Below, one piece after another: positions 1 to 9,847 of a stretch of 64,000 nt of DNA (position 1 is the stretch's first letter; each line of letters begins with the position of its first letter). This stretch comes from a virus. The stretch lies in the IMG/VR virus record IMGVR_UViG_3300009702_000500, positions 1 to 64,000 of that record; one strand, given 5' to 3'. Made by a program: the position numbers and the translations under genes. The notes under the pieces are model-generated. The model saw only the letters and a list, made by a program, of their open reading frames with translations, was not told where the DNA came from and searched no databases.

Positions 1-112
1 CCAAACAAGCAATGGATAATTATAGTAAGTATTCCGGTTATTTCGGTGATAAACTTAAATTATATAAAGCATTAAATGCAACAGATCCATCTATAAAGAA
101 ATATGCTTCTGG
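1..112 (+). repeat. Direct repeat copy 1 (partner 1327-1438), in-frame, offset 1326 nt
   Basis: 112 nt identical except position 104/1430 (T/C, synonymous). Encodes MDNYSKYSGYFGDKLKLYKALNATDPSIKKYASG. Confidence 0.95.
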
Positions 113-3100
113 TGGTCCAACTAAGTCGCTTAGGGATAGAATAGCACAAATTTCTGGAGATGCTGCATTAATGAAACGAGTAAGAGAAGAAGAAGAGCGG
201 AGATCACTAGAAACACAAAAGAGAAATCGAGCGGCTTATGCCAAGGATCCTATTGGTTTTCTTACACCAGATTTTCTTAAGAACAAACCAAACTTGGCCG
301 GAGCTTATAGTGCCATTACTTCTGTACTTGGTGTTGATCAAATTGAGAAGGCGATTAGATTAGGTAGACCTGAAGATTATAAGTCTGCAGCAGCTGTTGT
401 GGCGGGGGTATTAGCAGGTCCGGAAATAGGGGGTTTATTAGGCAAAGCTGGTGAAAAAATACTTCCTAAACTACCTGGTTTTCTTACTAAAGATGTCGCT
501 TTAAGTGGCACACTTGGTAAGGCAGGTAAAAAAACAATCTCTAAGTTATCTGAGTTTTTTACTAAAAATAATCCTTTAAAGGGTGCTCTTGGTAATGAAG
601 TTGGTGCCGCGGGTCCAGGGGTTGATTCTTTAGTTGGGAAGTCTATGTCTTTTAAAGAAGGCCGTGATCTTCTTATGAGTATACCAGATAAGATAGATCC
701 TAAGTCGGTAAATATACATTCTCAATTAATATTAGGGGATGAAGCAACTGCTAGACAAATAATAAGTACTTTGCCTAAAAACACAAAGCATTTAGGTTCT
801 GGAGCTGAAGCACTTACATTTAAAACACCTGATGGAAAGGTAATTAGAATAGCTACCAATAGATCTGTAGGAGATACTTTTAACAGACCAAATATTCCAG
901 AAATGTTACAGTCGGATTGGCATAAAGTAATAGGTGATTTCGATGTAGAAGGCCTACCTTTTGCGGACACCTCAAAGGTACACGCTGGGGATGTTCAGCG
1001 TATACATGAAATGTTGTCAGCAAGAAAATCTAAGTATTTGTTTCATGATGATGCTAGAAGAAATTTAGGTTATGTAAACGGTAAGTTACAGATTATAGAT
1101 CCTGGTGCTGTAGCAACTCAAGAACAACTTGATGCGGGATTTGGTGACGCGGGATTTGCTGCTGATTTTTTATCTGAAGATTTGTCAAGCCTTTTTGGTT
1201 ATGCACATGGAGGAAAACCTGGATTTTTGAGTAACATTGTAGATGTTTATAGGAGGATAATGAATACTCCCAGTAACATAAAGAAATGGATAGCTGGAGA
1301 TAGAGATTCTGCTAAAAATGTTACTGCCAAACAAGCAATGGATAATTATAGTAAGTATTCCGGTTATTTCGGTGATAAACTTAAATTATATAAAGCATTA
1401 AATGCAACAGATCCATCTATAAAGAAATACGCTTCTGGCGGGGGAATAAATACTGATAAAGAAAAACCAGTTAAGTATTATGTTAGTGGTTCAAATGGTG
1501 AAATACGTTCCTACACAGATAAAGATGAATTCAGAAAAGCGGTTCAAAGCAGAGATAAAATACTGGGTCGTGAAAGTTTACGTAGTAGTTTCCCAAAAGA
1601 TTATAAAGGCACTAGATATTATACAGCGGGAGCAGGTCAACCATTATCAAGTTCAACTTCTCTGGAGGAGTATAATAAAAAACGTAGTCAGATGAATAAA
1701 TCTTTGAATTTAATGACCCGTAAAACTATGACTGATGAAGATGGTAACTCATTTGAATATGTTACTGCGGGCTATGATAAGGGAAAAACATCAGTATATG
1801 GAAGTAAAGGGTTTGAAAACAATTTAAATAGTGCCGCTGATGAGGAGAAAATAAAAAGACGTTTAGCTTTGTCTATTATAGGTACAGATAAAGAAGGATC
1901 TATTTATGGTACTTCTGGGATTACTACACTGCAAAGCAATGAAAAACAACAACCCTATAAGAATTTTGCTAAAGGGGTAAGCAATCTTATAGAAGATAAA
2001 GATTTAGATAAAGTTAGAACTGAAAAGTTTTCAAGAATTATGGGGCCGTTACCTACAGAAAGAAGTGGCCCAGCTTATGTACCGGGTAAGAGTTATATGA
2101 AACAACAAGATACAGTAGTAGCACCTGCGTCTGAAGCAATAAGGAGACAAACGGAGTATGAACGACAGCTTTTGGCCGGAAAATATAAAGGCAGGTTCGA
2201 ATTTCAGCCAGATAATAAGATAAATAAAGACGGGTATGCTAGAGGCGTTAAAAAAATGCCTATTGATCCTGAAAATGAATTAGCCAGCACATCTTTATAT
2301 AAAGCATATAAGAAGAGTAAACAAAGTAAGGTTGGTAAGTATAATCTTAGAAGTGACGAGCTATTGACACAAACAGATGGTAGTTATGATCTCTTTATGG
2401 GAAAGAGTTTACAAGGTCTACTTGATAAAGGATATTTTACGCAATATTATTCCGATATGAAAAGCGGGGATAAGTTCACTAAAAAACTTTCTAGTCTTTC
2501 TAAAAATGTTGCTAAATTTAGAGAACTAACACAACGACTACAGGATATGCGTAACAGTTCAAGCAGGCCTTGGTTGGATCCTAATAGTGATTATAACAGA
2601 ATAGCCAAAGAGCAAAGGAAAGCCAGAGATAAAATACTTTTAGCTTTTTTTAGTGGTAACAAATTTAGAGAAAATGAGTTGATGTATTCTTATGGTAATA
2701 AGGATGTGATGAATAAATTTGGACCTCAATATAAACTAAAGGATTTGGATCCTCAGGAGTATGTAGATTATTATACGAGAGCATTAACTGAAGAACAAGA
2801 GTCTTTTAAGTCTACAGGTATGGGAGTGCCTGGTCTAACTCCACAACAAATTCGTGATATTAAAGGCACTGGTACCTCTCATTCTATTCCTACTCTTAGT
2901 GTGTCAGCATTGCGTAAATTTTCTAAACAGAGTAAACGTAATAGAGAGCCGTTGTATTCTAAATATGGTTTGCCAAAAGGAGCTAAATCTGAAGATTATT
3001 TCGAACAAATTTTTGATGCCTTAGCTGAACTTAATAAACTAAATAGTGCCAAAGTTCCAAAATCTAAAGCCATGCCAGTTAAACATAGTGGTGGGCTTAT

Positions 3101-3995
3101 AAATCAAACAGGACCATATTATCTAGAGGGTGGAGAAATAGTTGTTCCTAAAAAAATGTCAACCGGAGGTAAAACTGATTTTGATACAGCCTTAAGGATA
3201 GCTGGCAATAAATCTTCAGGATTAACAGATAGTTCATTAATTAAGGATATTTCTAGTAAAATATCAGATGCTATATCTAGTGCAGGTGATGATTTAGTAA
3301 AGAAGCTTTCTGATACAAAATTTAAACCTTTAAAGATCGATGAGGAGTCTAAAAAAATAGATATAAACACAGACGATGCCGCTGATTCATTCGCTGAAAA
3401 GATTGGATCGGTTATTTCATCAAGTGAACTTAAAATTACGCCGCCAGATGCATCTGCTATGACAGCTAAAATAGATATTGATACAGCAGCCATTGGTGAC
3501 ACTATTAAGAAGGCGATAGAAAGTGCAGAAATTCCGTCAGTTAAAGTGGAAGCTAAATTGAAAGATAATACTGTAGAATTAAAGAATAACATTGTTAAAT
3601 TAGATAAAGATACTGTTAAATTAGAAGGTGGGTCCGTTGGTGCTGATAAATTGGACCGTTTGGCTGATGCCATGAATAGTTTAACTGAGTTAGTATATGC
3701 TCATGGCGAAAAGACCTCAGAGGTAGAGTCTAAGATGGAAATGTTAACTACAGATGTTGGGAACCTTAAAAACACATCACTAACTGTAGACACTGTAAAA
3801 CAGATAGCAGAAGAGACTGTTAATATTAATGTTGCATCACTTACATCAGATATAAATATTGTAAATACTAATTCTGAAGCGGTACGTTCTAGAGTTGAGC
3901 AAATGTCCGGCCGCATTAATTATATAGATGAAAAGTTTGAACAAGAATTAGGAAATATTAAAAGTCAAACCTTTTCTTATATAAGTAGTACATAG
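3..3995 (+). CDS. Tape-measure-like giant protein, C-terminal part (5' end lies upstream of the window); modular, with a kinase-like cargo domain
   Basis: Frame is open from the window edge. Recurrent (Y/F/H)-A/S-x-G-G/V motifs (KKYASGG x2, GYAHGG, NFAKGV, GYARGV) and the TMP C-terminal signature HSGGLINQTGPYYLEGGEIVVP. Helical acidic C-terminus. Lies directly upstream of tail-like genes. Confidence 0.65.
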   Translation, partial: KQAMDNYSKYSGYFGDKLKLYKALNATDPSIKKYASGGPTKSLRDRIAQISGDAALMKRVREEEERRSLETQKRNRAAYAKDPIGFLTPDFLKNKPNLAGAYSAITSVLGVDQIEKAIRLGRPEDYKSAAAVVAGVLAGPEIGGLLGKAGEKILPKLPGFLTKDVALSGTLGKAGKKTISKLSEFFTKNNPLKGALGNEVGAAGPGVDSLVGKSMSFKEGRDLLMSIPDKIDPKSVNIHSQLILGDEATARQIISTLPKNTKHLGSGAEALTFKTPDGKVIRIATNRSVGDTFNRPNIPEMLQSDWHKVIGDFDVEGLPFADTSKVHAGDVQRIHEMLSARKSKYLFHDDARRNLGYVNGKLQIIDPGAVATQEQLDAGFGDAGFAADFLSEDLSSLFGYAHGGKPGFLSNIVDVYRRIMNTPSNIKKWIAGDRDSAKNVTAKQAMDNYSKYSGYFGDKLKLYKALNATDPSIKKYASGGGINTDKEKPVKYYVSGSNGEIRSYTDKDEFRKAVQSRDKILGRESLRSSFPKDYKGTRYYTAGAGQPLSSSTSLEEYNKKRSQMNKSLNLMTRKTMTDEDGNSFEYVTAGYDKGKTSVYGSKGFENNLNSAADEEKIKRRLALSIIGTDKEGSIYGTSGITTLQSNEKQQPYKNFAKGVSNLIEDKDLDKVRTEKFSRIMGPLPTERSGPAYVPGKSYMKQQDTVVAPASEAIRRQTEYERQLLAGKYKGRFEFQPDNKINKDGYARGVKKMPIDPENELASTSLYKAYKKSKQSKVGKYNLRSDELLTQTDGSYDLFMGKSLQGLLDKGYFTQYYSDMKSGDKFTKKLSSLSKNVAKFRELTQRLQDMRNSSSRPWLDPNSDYNRIAKEQRKARDKILLAFFSGNKFRENELMYSYGNKDVMNKFGPQYKLKDLDPQEYVDYYTRALTEEQESFKSTGMGVPGLTPQQIRDIKGTGTSHSIPTLSVSALRKFSKQSKRNREPLYSKYGLPKGAKSEDYFEQIFDALAELNKLNSAKVPKSKAMPVKHSGGLINQTGPYYLEGGEIVVPKKMSTGGKTDFDTALRIAGNKSSGLTDSSLIKDISSKISDAISSAGDDLVKKLSDTKFKPLKIDEESKKIDINTDDAADSFAEKIGSVISSSELKITPPDASAMTAKIDIDTAAIGDTIKKAIESAEIPSVKVEAKLKDNTVELKNNIVKLDKDTVKLEGGSVGADKLDRLADAMNSLTELVYAHGEKTSEVESKMEMLTTDVGNLKNTSLTVDTVKQIAEETVNINVASLTSDINIVNTNSEAVRSRVEQMSGRINYIDEKFEQELGNIKSQTFSYISST
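1327..1438 (+). repeat. Direct repeat copy 2 (partner 1-112)
   Basis: Direct sequence comparison with 1-112. Confidence 0.95.
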
Positions 3996-4007
3996 GAGGC
4001 AGTTTAG

Positions 4008-5924
4008 ATGACTGAAAGTTGGGCTAGTTTTGGCACCGGTGAGTTTTCTGGTGATTCTGGGGCTACTAAAAGTGTAGCCGAAGATGTTTTAGATAAATTT
4101 GGAATACCTATTGGTGAACGTGGCGGCGGTAGTCTTCCAGATGTGGATATAAAACACATGGACGCTTTAAACGCTATTAGATTATCTTTATTAGATGAAC
4201 TTGGACATACTGGAACATATAGGGAGATCAGAGTTACTGCTGATGGTCATGTAGATCTCGCTCGTGTTGGTACGGGTCGAGGGGTGAGTAATATTTACTA
4301 TACTTTACAATCACAAGATTATATTACTCCTAAGAGTGGTGTTTTGGTAACTGGCGGAAAACCATTGCCGAAGAGATTTGTAGGAGATACTTACAATATT
4401 CTAGCTCATGCTGAAAGGTGGTCAGCTTCTAAATATATGATTAGTAATTGTATGAGGCCATATTTTGCTAAATATCATGTAATAACTTATGATGACCCAC
4501 ATCTTTCTTCATCATATGCTGATGGTATTTCTAACTTAGCTGATATAACCGATCCATACACACGTTTAATTGGTTATATTTATGATATTAATCCTCATAA
4601 TGATTCTGAATCAGTTACCATAAGCATTAATAAGCAAGCTTCTGTTCCTGTATTTGTTAGTGGGGAAACTCCTGATAATTCTGGAACCGGAGTTATTTTA
4701 GGTGAACTTTATAGGCCCCCGATACTACCAAATAATGAGGATGAAGAGTGTTATGGTCAGGGATTTACTGGCACACCTTCAGGTGGTATTGAGGTTTCCT
4801 TGCCACCCTCACTTAGGTTTACTTCTACTAGAGGAGTGGTATATGATAAGTTTATACGTGTGTCAGATGTTTTTGTTATAGGTATACAGTTAGATAGTTG
4901 TAGGGGAGTACCAAAGGGTCATTCTCATGCAAAGGGGGGTGTTAGTACACCAGAGAATACTGATTTATGGGTAGAAGTTAATGACCCAGATCGTAATGTT
5001 TTTAAACTTAAATCCGGAATACATTATGCCGTTGGATATGATTTAGGTACTATAAGGATACAATTTGCTGATAGAGGCGACCCTTTACTAAATCCAAAAG
5101 TGGGGGATAATACTACTGCTTTTGTAGCTAATACTTGCTTATATGGGGCTACAAATAAAACTCTTAAAGGAAGTATACTACCTACTGATCGTAACAGGGG
5201 TCTCTTAGTACAGCAAGTGTTTGCGGTAGTTGATTTGGATACTCCTTGTATAACCATACAAGATCCGGAAGGAAACGCAGAACTTGTGGGTGATTCTATA
5301 ACTTTTGATGTATCTGCTATATTCATGTATACTCCCCCAGCACCAATGGCTTATAATGGCACGGTTATAGATTTATCAGATGGTGTGGCGGATCATGATC
5401 CTACTACCACCCAGGATTTTAGTGAAACTCAAATGGAACAAGTTTTGAAAGATATGGATGGTGGTGCTGGGATGACATTAAGCTTATCTTCGCTACAAAG
5501 CCCAGATATGGTTGCTAGATTATCTGATGAATTAAAAGAGTTATTTTTGTCTGATAGGGGGGTAACTACTACTTATATATGTGGTCCAAATTGTAATCCT
5601 GAATTATTAGCTAAAGGTCCATCAGGGGGTATTATAAATGAAATAAATTATACATATTCGGATAGTGGTTCTTACACAATATCAGTAACTGAAGGAGCTA
5701 CTTTAACCAGTAATTTTCCGAATATAACTACAGGTAGCCATATAAAAATGGTTGAGGAAGTTAGTGCTGGTGGTACTGTTATTCAAGATGCTGGTAATAA
5801 TGTAATGTACAAGGTATTAGTAGATGGAATTGGAGTACGTGAAGCAATAAATGGTGCCCCAGCGGTTATAAGGACGGGGGATAGAGTTAGTGTAACAATA
5901 CATAATAATCCGGTGGAGGGATAA
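4008..5924 (+). CDS. Putative tail-tip/baseplate hub-like structural protein (638 aa)
   Basis: AGGAGG RBS; first gene after the TMP-like gene; beta-rich. Function inferred from position. Confidence 0.45.
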   Translation: MTESWASFGTGEFSGDSGATKSVAEDVLDKFGIPIGERGGGSLPDVDIKHMDALNAIRLSLLDELGHTGTYREIRVTADGHVDLARVGTGRGVSNIYYTLQSQDYITPKSGVLVTGGKPLPKRFVGDTYNILAHAERWSASKYMISNCMRPYFAKYHVITYDDPHLSSSYADGISNLADITDPYTRLIGYIYDINPHNDSESVTISINKQASVPVFVSGETPDNSGTGVILGELYRPPILPNNEDEECYGQGFTGTPSGGIEVSLPPSLRFTSTRGVVYDKFIRVSDVFVIGIQLDSCRGVPKGHSHAKGGVSTPENTDLWVEVNDPDRNVFKLKSGIHYAVGYDLGTIRIQFADRGDPLLNPKVGDNTTAFVANTCLYGATNKTLKGSILPTDRNRGLLVQQVFAVVDLDTPCITIQDPEGNAELVGDSITFDVSAIFMYTPPAPMAYNGTVIDLSDGVADHDPTTTQDFSETQMEQVLKDMDGGAGMTLSLSSLQSPDMVARLSDELKELFLSDRGVTTTYICGPNCNPELLAKGPSGGIINEINYTYSDSGSYTISVTEGATLTSNFPNITTGSHIKMVEEVSAGGTVIQDAGNNVMYKVLVDGIGVREAINGAPAVIRTGDRVSVTIHNNPVEG

Positions 5925-5928
5925 AATT

Positions 5929-6531
5929 ATGAGTTCATTGACTAGGGTAAAGGTGAGGGCAAGTATAGTCGGTGGTGGAATATCAGCCCAGACACCCTTT
6001 GTTAAATCTTTTAATGTGAGAAAGACACGTGGACAAGCTGGCAGTTTTAGTTGTTCTATTAAAGTCCCAGCAGATTCTGTTGGTAGTCTTCGAGGTCAAA
6101 TACAAATAATGGCAGGCAGCCCTACCGCAAATAATTTAATTTTTACAGGAGTTATAACTAAAGCTACTATTTCTCCAGCATTTGATGATCCTAGTTACGT
6201 TATAATAAATATGTCCGGTACTGATGTATTAAAGACGTTAGAGCATAAAAAGTATACACGGCGTCAAATGTCTTCTTTAGCATGTTGGTGTGAGATAACA
6301 GGGGTTACTAGAAAAAAAGCAAAGAGTGGTAAGTTCCAATATATGAGAAATTTAGATACAATGGTTATATCTGATGGTGAGATGGAACAGGATAGTAGTT
6401 CTGTACAGACAACAGATATTGCTAATTCTCAGATGGTAAAATCAATAGGTACAAATGTACAGACTGGTCAAAACCCATCTTCTGTTCCACTTACAGTTGA
6501 TATAATGACAGGTGAGGAAGGAGTACGTTAA
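5929..6531 (+). CDS. Putative tail hub-like protein (200 aa)
   Basis: GGAGG RBS. Pattern SFNVRKTRGQAGSFSCSI...LIFTGVI...INMSGTDVL resembles the N-terminal barrel of hub (gp27/GPD-like) proteins. Confidence 0.45.
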   Translation: MSSLTRVKVRASIVGGGISAQTPFVKSFNVRKTRGQAGSFSCSIKVPADSVGSLRGQIQIMAGSPTANNLIFTGVITKATISPAFDDPSYVIINMSGTDVLKTLEHKKYTRRQMSSLACWCEITGVTRKKAKSGKFQYMRNLDTMVISDGEMEQDSSSVQTTDIANSQMVKSIGTNVQTGQNPSSVPLTVDIMTGEEGVR

Positions 6532-6532
6532 T

Positions 6533-6919
6533 ATGGCTGGTGGGATATCGGTTTTTTTAATTCCGGGTATGAGATTGAAGGTAACTGTTATTTTGGAGAA
6601 TGAAGAAGGCTCTAGAGGAATAGGTTTTTTTGCAAGCCCAGAAAACCCTATATCTTATAAAGGTAAAACATTCACACTTATTAATGGGTTTGGGTTGGAT
6701 GATGAAATAGTAGGCAAATTAGAACCTTTAAACTCAGATGAGTTAGGAGTGCTTTACACTCACACACGACCAGAAAAAAATTATATATATTTTTTTGCTT
6801 TAACTGGTCAAATGGGGGTTGTAAGTGTGGTAGCAGTGCCAATACATGATCACAGTTCTATAGTACAGGGTGGTCCTGCGTATGCTACGTATTTTAATGA
6901 TGATGAAATCATTACGTAA
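6533..6919 (+). CDS. Hypothetical virion-module protein
   Basis: ATG at 6533 follows AAGGAG; in frame with track ORF 6512-6919. Confidence 0.6.
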   Translation: MAGGISVFLIPGMRLKVTVILENEEGSRGIGFFASPENPISYKGKTFTLINGFGLDDEIVGKLEPLNSDELGVLYTHTRPEKNYIYFFALTGQMGVVSVVAVPIHDHSSIVQGGPAYATYFNDDEIIT

Positions 6920-6931
6920 AGGAGAGAGTAA

Positions 6932-7504
6932 ATGGCTGGTTGTTGTCAATTAGTTGGTGATCTGTATGTAGGAGATTATATTATTTCTGTACAGGTGAAA
7001 AGCAATACAGAAATTAATAAGTCTGGTACTTCAATTATTTTAGGGCCTACATTGGGTAGTGTTTCCATATCGGCATATGCTACTAAATCAATACACACGG
7101 GGTGCCCTGGACGCGCAGGTGTATCATTAAACTGGTTGAGAAAGTACGATTGTGATAAGGATGAGCTTCATTTTATATTTCTTGGGTCTGGCAAATCTTT
7201 TATTTCTGGTGATGTGGAAGACTTGGTTAGTGTTTCAAATGGTGTTGTTAATTATCCAATATTAAATGCTTCTGCTACATCTGGTCCAACTGGTTTTTAT
7301 GAACACACTACGCAAACTGATGGGTTTGGACTGTCATATAAAGGTAAACCTTATAGTTTTAATACAGGATCTGAAGGTGAAGTCAGTATCCCACTAGATG
7401 GAATTGGTCCTGGAACTGGATATTTACAAAGTTTTGCTTTACAATGCGTTCCTGGGCAAGTTCCAACAGTAAATTATAATATTGTATTTACTATGACTAA
7501 TTAA
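6932..7504 (+). CDS. Hypothetical beta-rich structural protein (190 aa)
   Basis: AAGGAG RBS; G/S/T-rich; tail context. Confidence 0.6.
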   Translation: MAGCCQLVGDLYVGDYIISVQVKSNTEINKSGTSIILGPTLGSVSISAYATKSIHTGCPGRAGVSLNWLRKYDCDKDELHFIFLGSGKSFISGDVEDLVSVSNGVVNYPILNASATSGPTGFYEHTTQTDGFGLSYKGKPYSFNTGSEGEVSIPLDGIGPGTGYLQSFALQCVPGQVPTVNYNIVFTMTN

Positions 7505-7522
7505 TTCGGAGGCAATGATATT

Positions 7523-7795
7523 ATGTCTGTTTATAAAGGGCAAGTGTATAAATTAAGAGCAGGGGCACCAATGCCTATAAATAGAGGGGAGTCTATATTA
7601 CAAACATTTGGAGCTGAAGTTTATAATGTTGATTTTTTTGATTCTACTTCTAGTATAGTAGGTAGTAGTCGTTTTAGAGGACAAGGCGGTAATTTGGTTT
7701 CTGCTCAATACTCCAGACTTTCTGATAGGAGTGGTAGTCTGTTTCAAGGTAAGATTGTATATACTTCGTCTTTTGTAGATGAGGATCGGATATAA
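7523..7795 (+). CDS. Hypothetical protein (90 aa)
   Basis: GGAGG RBS; operon packing. Confidence 0.6.
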   Translation: MSVYKGQVYKLRAGAPMPINRGESILQTFGAEVYNVDFFDSTSSIVGSSRFRGQGGNLVSAQYSRLSDRSGSLFQGKIVYTSSFVDEDRI

Positions 7796-7797
7796 AA

Positions 7798-8028
7798 ATG
7801 GCTGAATTTATAGATTGTACATCATTATCAATTTCATTTAATGTTATGGGTATAGCAACAATAAGTTATACCATTGTATCAGATACTGCTGGGTTTAAGG
7901 CTTATGACACAATTGATGCAGGAGGTCAGAAGTTTCATGGTTATGTGGCTAGTATAACCCTTAACCAAATACCAGGGTCATCTGGTTGGTTTGAAAGTCA
8001 TGTAACATTAATAGCTACTACTGATTAA
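7798..8028 (+). CDS. Hypothetical small beta-rich protein (76 aa)
   Basis: GAGGA RBS; operon packing. Confidence 0.6.
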   Translation: MAEFIDCTSLSISFNVMGIATISYTIVSDTAGFKAYDTIDAGGQKFHGYVASITLNQIPGSSGWFESHVTLIATTD

Positions 8029-8040
8029 GGAGGAGTGTGT

Positions 8041-8238
8041 ATGGCATGTGGCGGTTGTAGAAGCAGAACTCAAAATAGGAATACAAAATCTTACAGTGTT
8101 ACTGGGGGATATAAATATCTAAGTGACAGACAAATTAAGGCACGACTTGAGAGATATAAGAGAATTTATTGTAAAGAATGTGAAAAAAGGTATGAATGTG
8201 ATTTTGCTTCTTATAAATCTTGTAGCAAAAGACCATAA
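8041..8238 (+). CDS. Small basic Cys-rich protein
   Basis: AAGGAGGAG RBS; CGGC and CKEC...C...C motifs. Start could be GTG 8035 or ATG 8041. Confidence 0.6.
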   Translation: MACGGCRSRTQNRNTKSYSVTGGYKYLSDRQIKARLERYKRIYCKECEKRYECDFASYKSCSKRP

Positions 8239-8287
8239 TAAACTAACCTTTTAATAGATAGAAATACTATGTTTAGGAGGAATACTA

Positions 8288-8905
8288 ATGGGAGTAGTGA
8301 TAGGGTTTGCAACACAAGCTAGTTTAAATGGTAGATGTGCTGCTAATGTAAGTTGGGGAGCTAATCCAAATACGCAAAGGCTCTATTGTTTAAATTCTAG
8401 TTTTAATCCGTTTATGCAGATAGATAGACCTACAGTTAATGTTAATATGACAATATATGCTCCAGGGTCCCATATTAGTGTAGCACCATCTCAGAGTTGT
8501 ACTACACAAGATCAAGTGGCTGAAGCCACTACAATAGTTAATCCTGCCAGCTGTGATGTAAGTTTACCAAATGTCAACTATAGAATGTTGATAAACAGCT
8601 ATAGTTATTCTAAGGAAGACGCAAAAATGCCGGGACAGGAATCTTATAGTATGATTAGATATGTTTCGGATGAGCCTACTTACGTGATTAGAGGAATAGC
8701 ACAAGGATCTGGTACAGATAATGCGGGAATAACATTTACTGGTACTACCTCTGTTGCTACACAGGGCAGCGTTGCGGCCGGAGGAGTAGGTAAAGCATAT
8801 AGTATAAGGATGGGTACTGTGTCTGCTATAGGTGGTGGAGATGGTACTTCTGGTGAAACAGGTAGAGGAGATGCAAGTATTCCTCATACACCATTATGGG
8901 TTTAA
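8288..8905 (+). CDS. Hypothetical structural protein (205 aa, G/T/S-rich)
   Basis: AGGAGG RBS after a 49-nt gap; composition typical of virion proteins. Confidence 0.55.
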   Translation: MGVVIGFATQASLNGRCAANVSWGANPNTQRLYCLNSSFNPFMQIDRPTVNVNMTIYAPGSHISVAPSQSCTTQDQVAEATTIVNPASCDVSLPNVNYRMLINSYSYSKEDAKMPGQESYSMIRYVSDEPTYVIRGIAQGSGTDNAGITFTGTTSVATQGSVAAGGVGKAYSIRMGTVSAIGGGDGTSGETGRGDASIPHTPLWV

Positions 8906-8917
8906 AGGATAATTAGA

Positions 8918-9403
8918 ATGGATGAGAAGAAATATCAAGAAAAGATAGGTTTTTTATTAGGAGAGCAATATCGTTTAGAACTTCATTGGAAAAAATCAAT
9001 ATATAAGCATGAAGGTGTGTGTAATTTAGAAGGCGCATATTTCTCAGGACCAGTATTACAGCAAGCAGAAGAAATAGGTGCTGATAATGAGATGCTTATT
9101 GATTTTTATAAACAGTATTATATATTTGCGGAAAATGTGTATATTGCCAAACTTTCTTGGCGCGAAGTTACATATAATAGTGATGGCACGGTTACACTTG
9201 GTAATGCTAAGATCTCACATGATACTGAATTAAATAGAGTTCCTAAACTTAAAGATGATGATTATTTAGTAATTGACACTAAGGGGCATGATGTGGAGAC
9301 ACACGCACGTTTTCCTACTTATGTTACAATAGTGGTTAATTATGAAGGAGAGGCCTATAACTTTTGGAATCAACATGGGTCTTATAGAAAGGTGAGTAAC
9401 TAA
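8918..9403 (+). CDS. Hypothetical protein (161 aa)
   Basis: AAGGA RBS; TAATG coupling to the next gene. Confidence 0.6.
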   Translation: MDEKKYQEKIGFLLGEQYRLELHWKKSIYKHEGVCNLEGAYFSGPVLQQAEEIGADNEMLIDFYKQYYIFAENVYIAKLSWREVTYNSDGTVTLGNAKISHDTELNRVPKLKDDDYLVIDTKGHDVETHARFPTYVTIVVNYEGEAYNFWNQHGSYRKVSN

Positions 9404-9825
9404 TGGGACGACCTTATGGTAGATATACACATTGTGGACAGAATCCATGTGGTACGATGACGTGGGAAGAGATGTATGGTACCACCTATGAGGGTAATCT
9501 TCCACAACACAAGAAACATTTACATATAGGTAATTCGTGGATAGCATGTCCTTATTCTATTCAGGCATTAAAGGTTTATGATGCTGAATGGGAGGCTGCT
9601 ATGGGGTTCACAAGGGCTGAGTATGAGTCGTTGTATGGACCATTGGATGTTAATTCTAAGATTATAGATATGTTAGGGTTTGTTCCTAGTCCATTACACA
9701 ATCATACATTGAATGGGAAAGATGTTTTTATGATTCCTAAAAAGAAAGGGGTGTGGGGGTATGAATGCCAACACCCAGACTGCCCATATTTATTGGATAA
9801 TGGGAGACCTTATTTTTATATTTAG
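9403..9825 (+). CDS. Hypothetical Cys/His-containing protein (140 aa)
   Basis: Translationally coupled; CGQNPC and CQHPDCP motifs. Confidence 0.6.
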   Translation: MGRPYGRYTHCGQNPCGTMTWEEMYGTTYEGNLPQHKKHLHIGNSWIACPYSIQALKVYDAEWEAAMGFTRAEYESLYGPLDVNSKIIDMLGFVPSPLHNHTLNGKDVFMIPKKKGVWGYECQHPDCPYLLDNGRPYFYI

Positions 9826-9847
9826 ACATTATTAGGAGGAAGCAATT

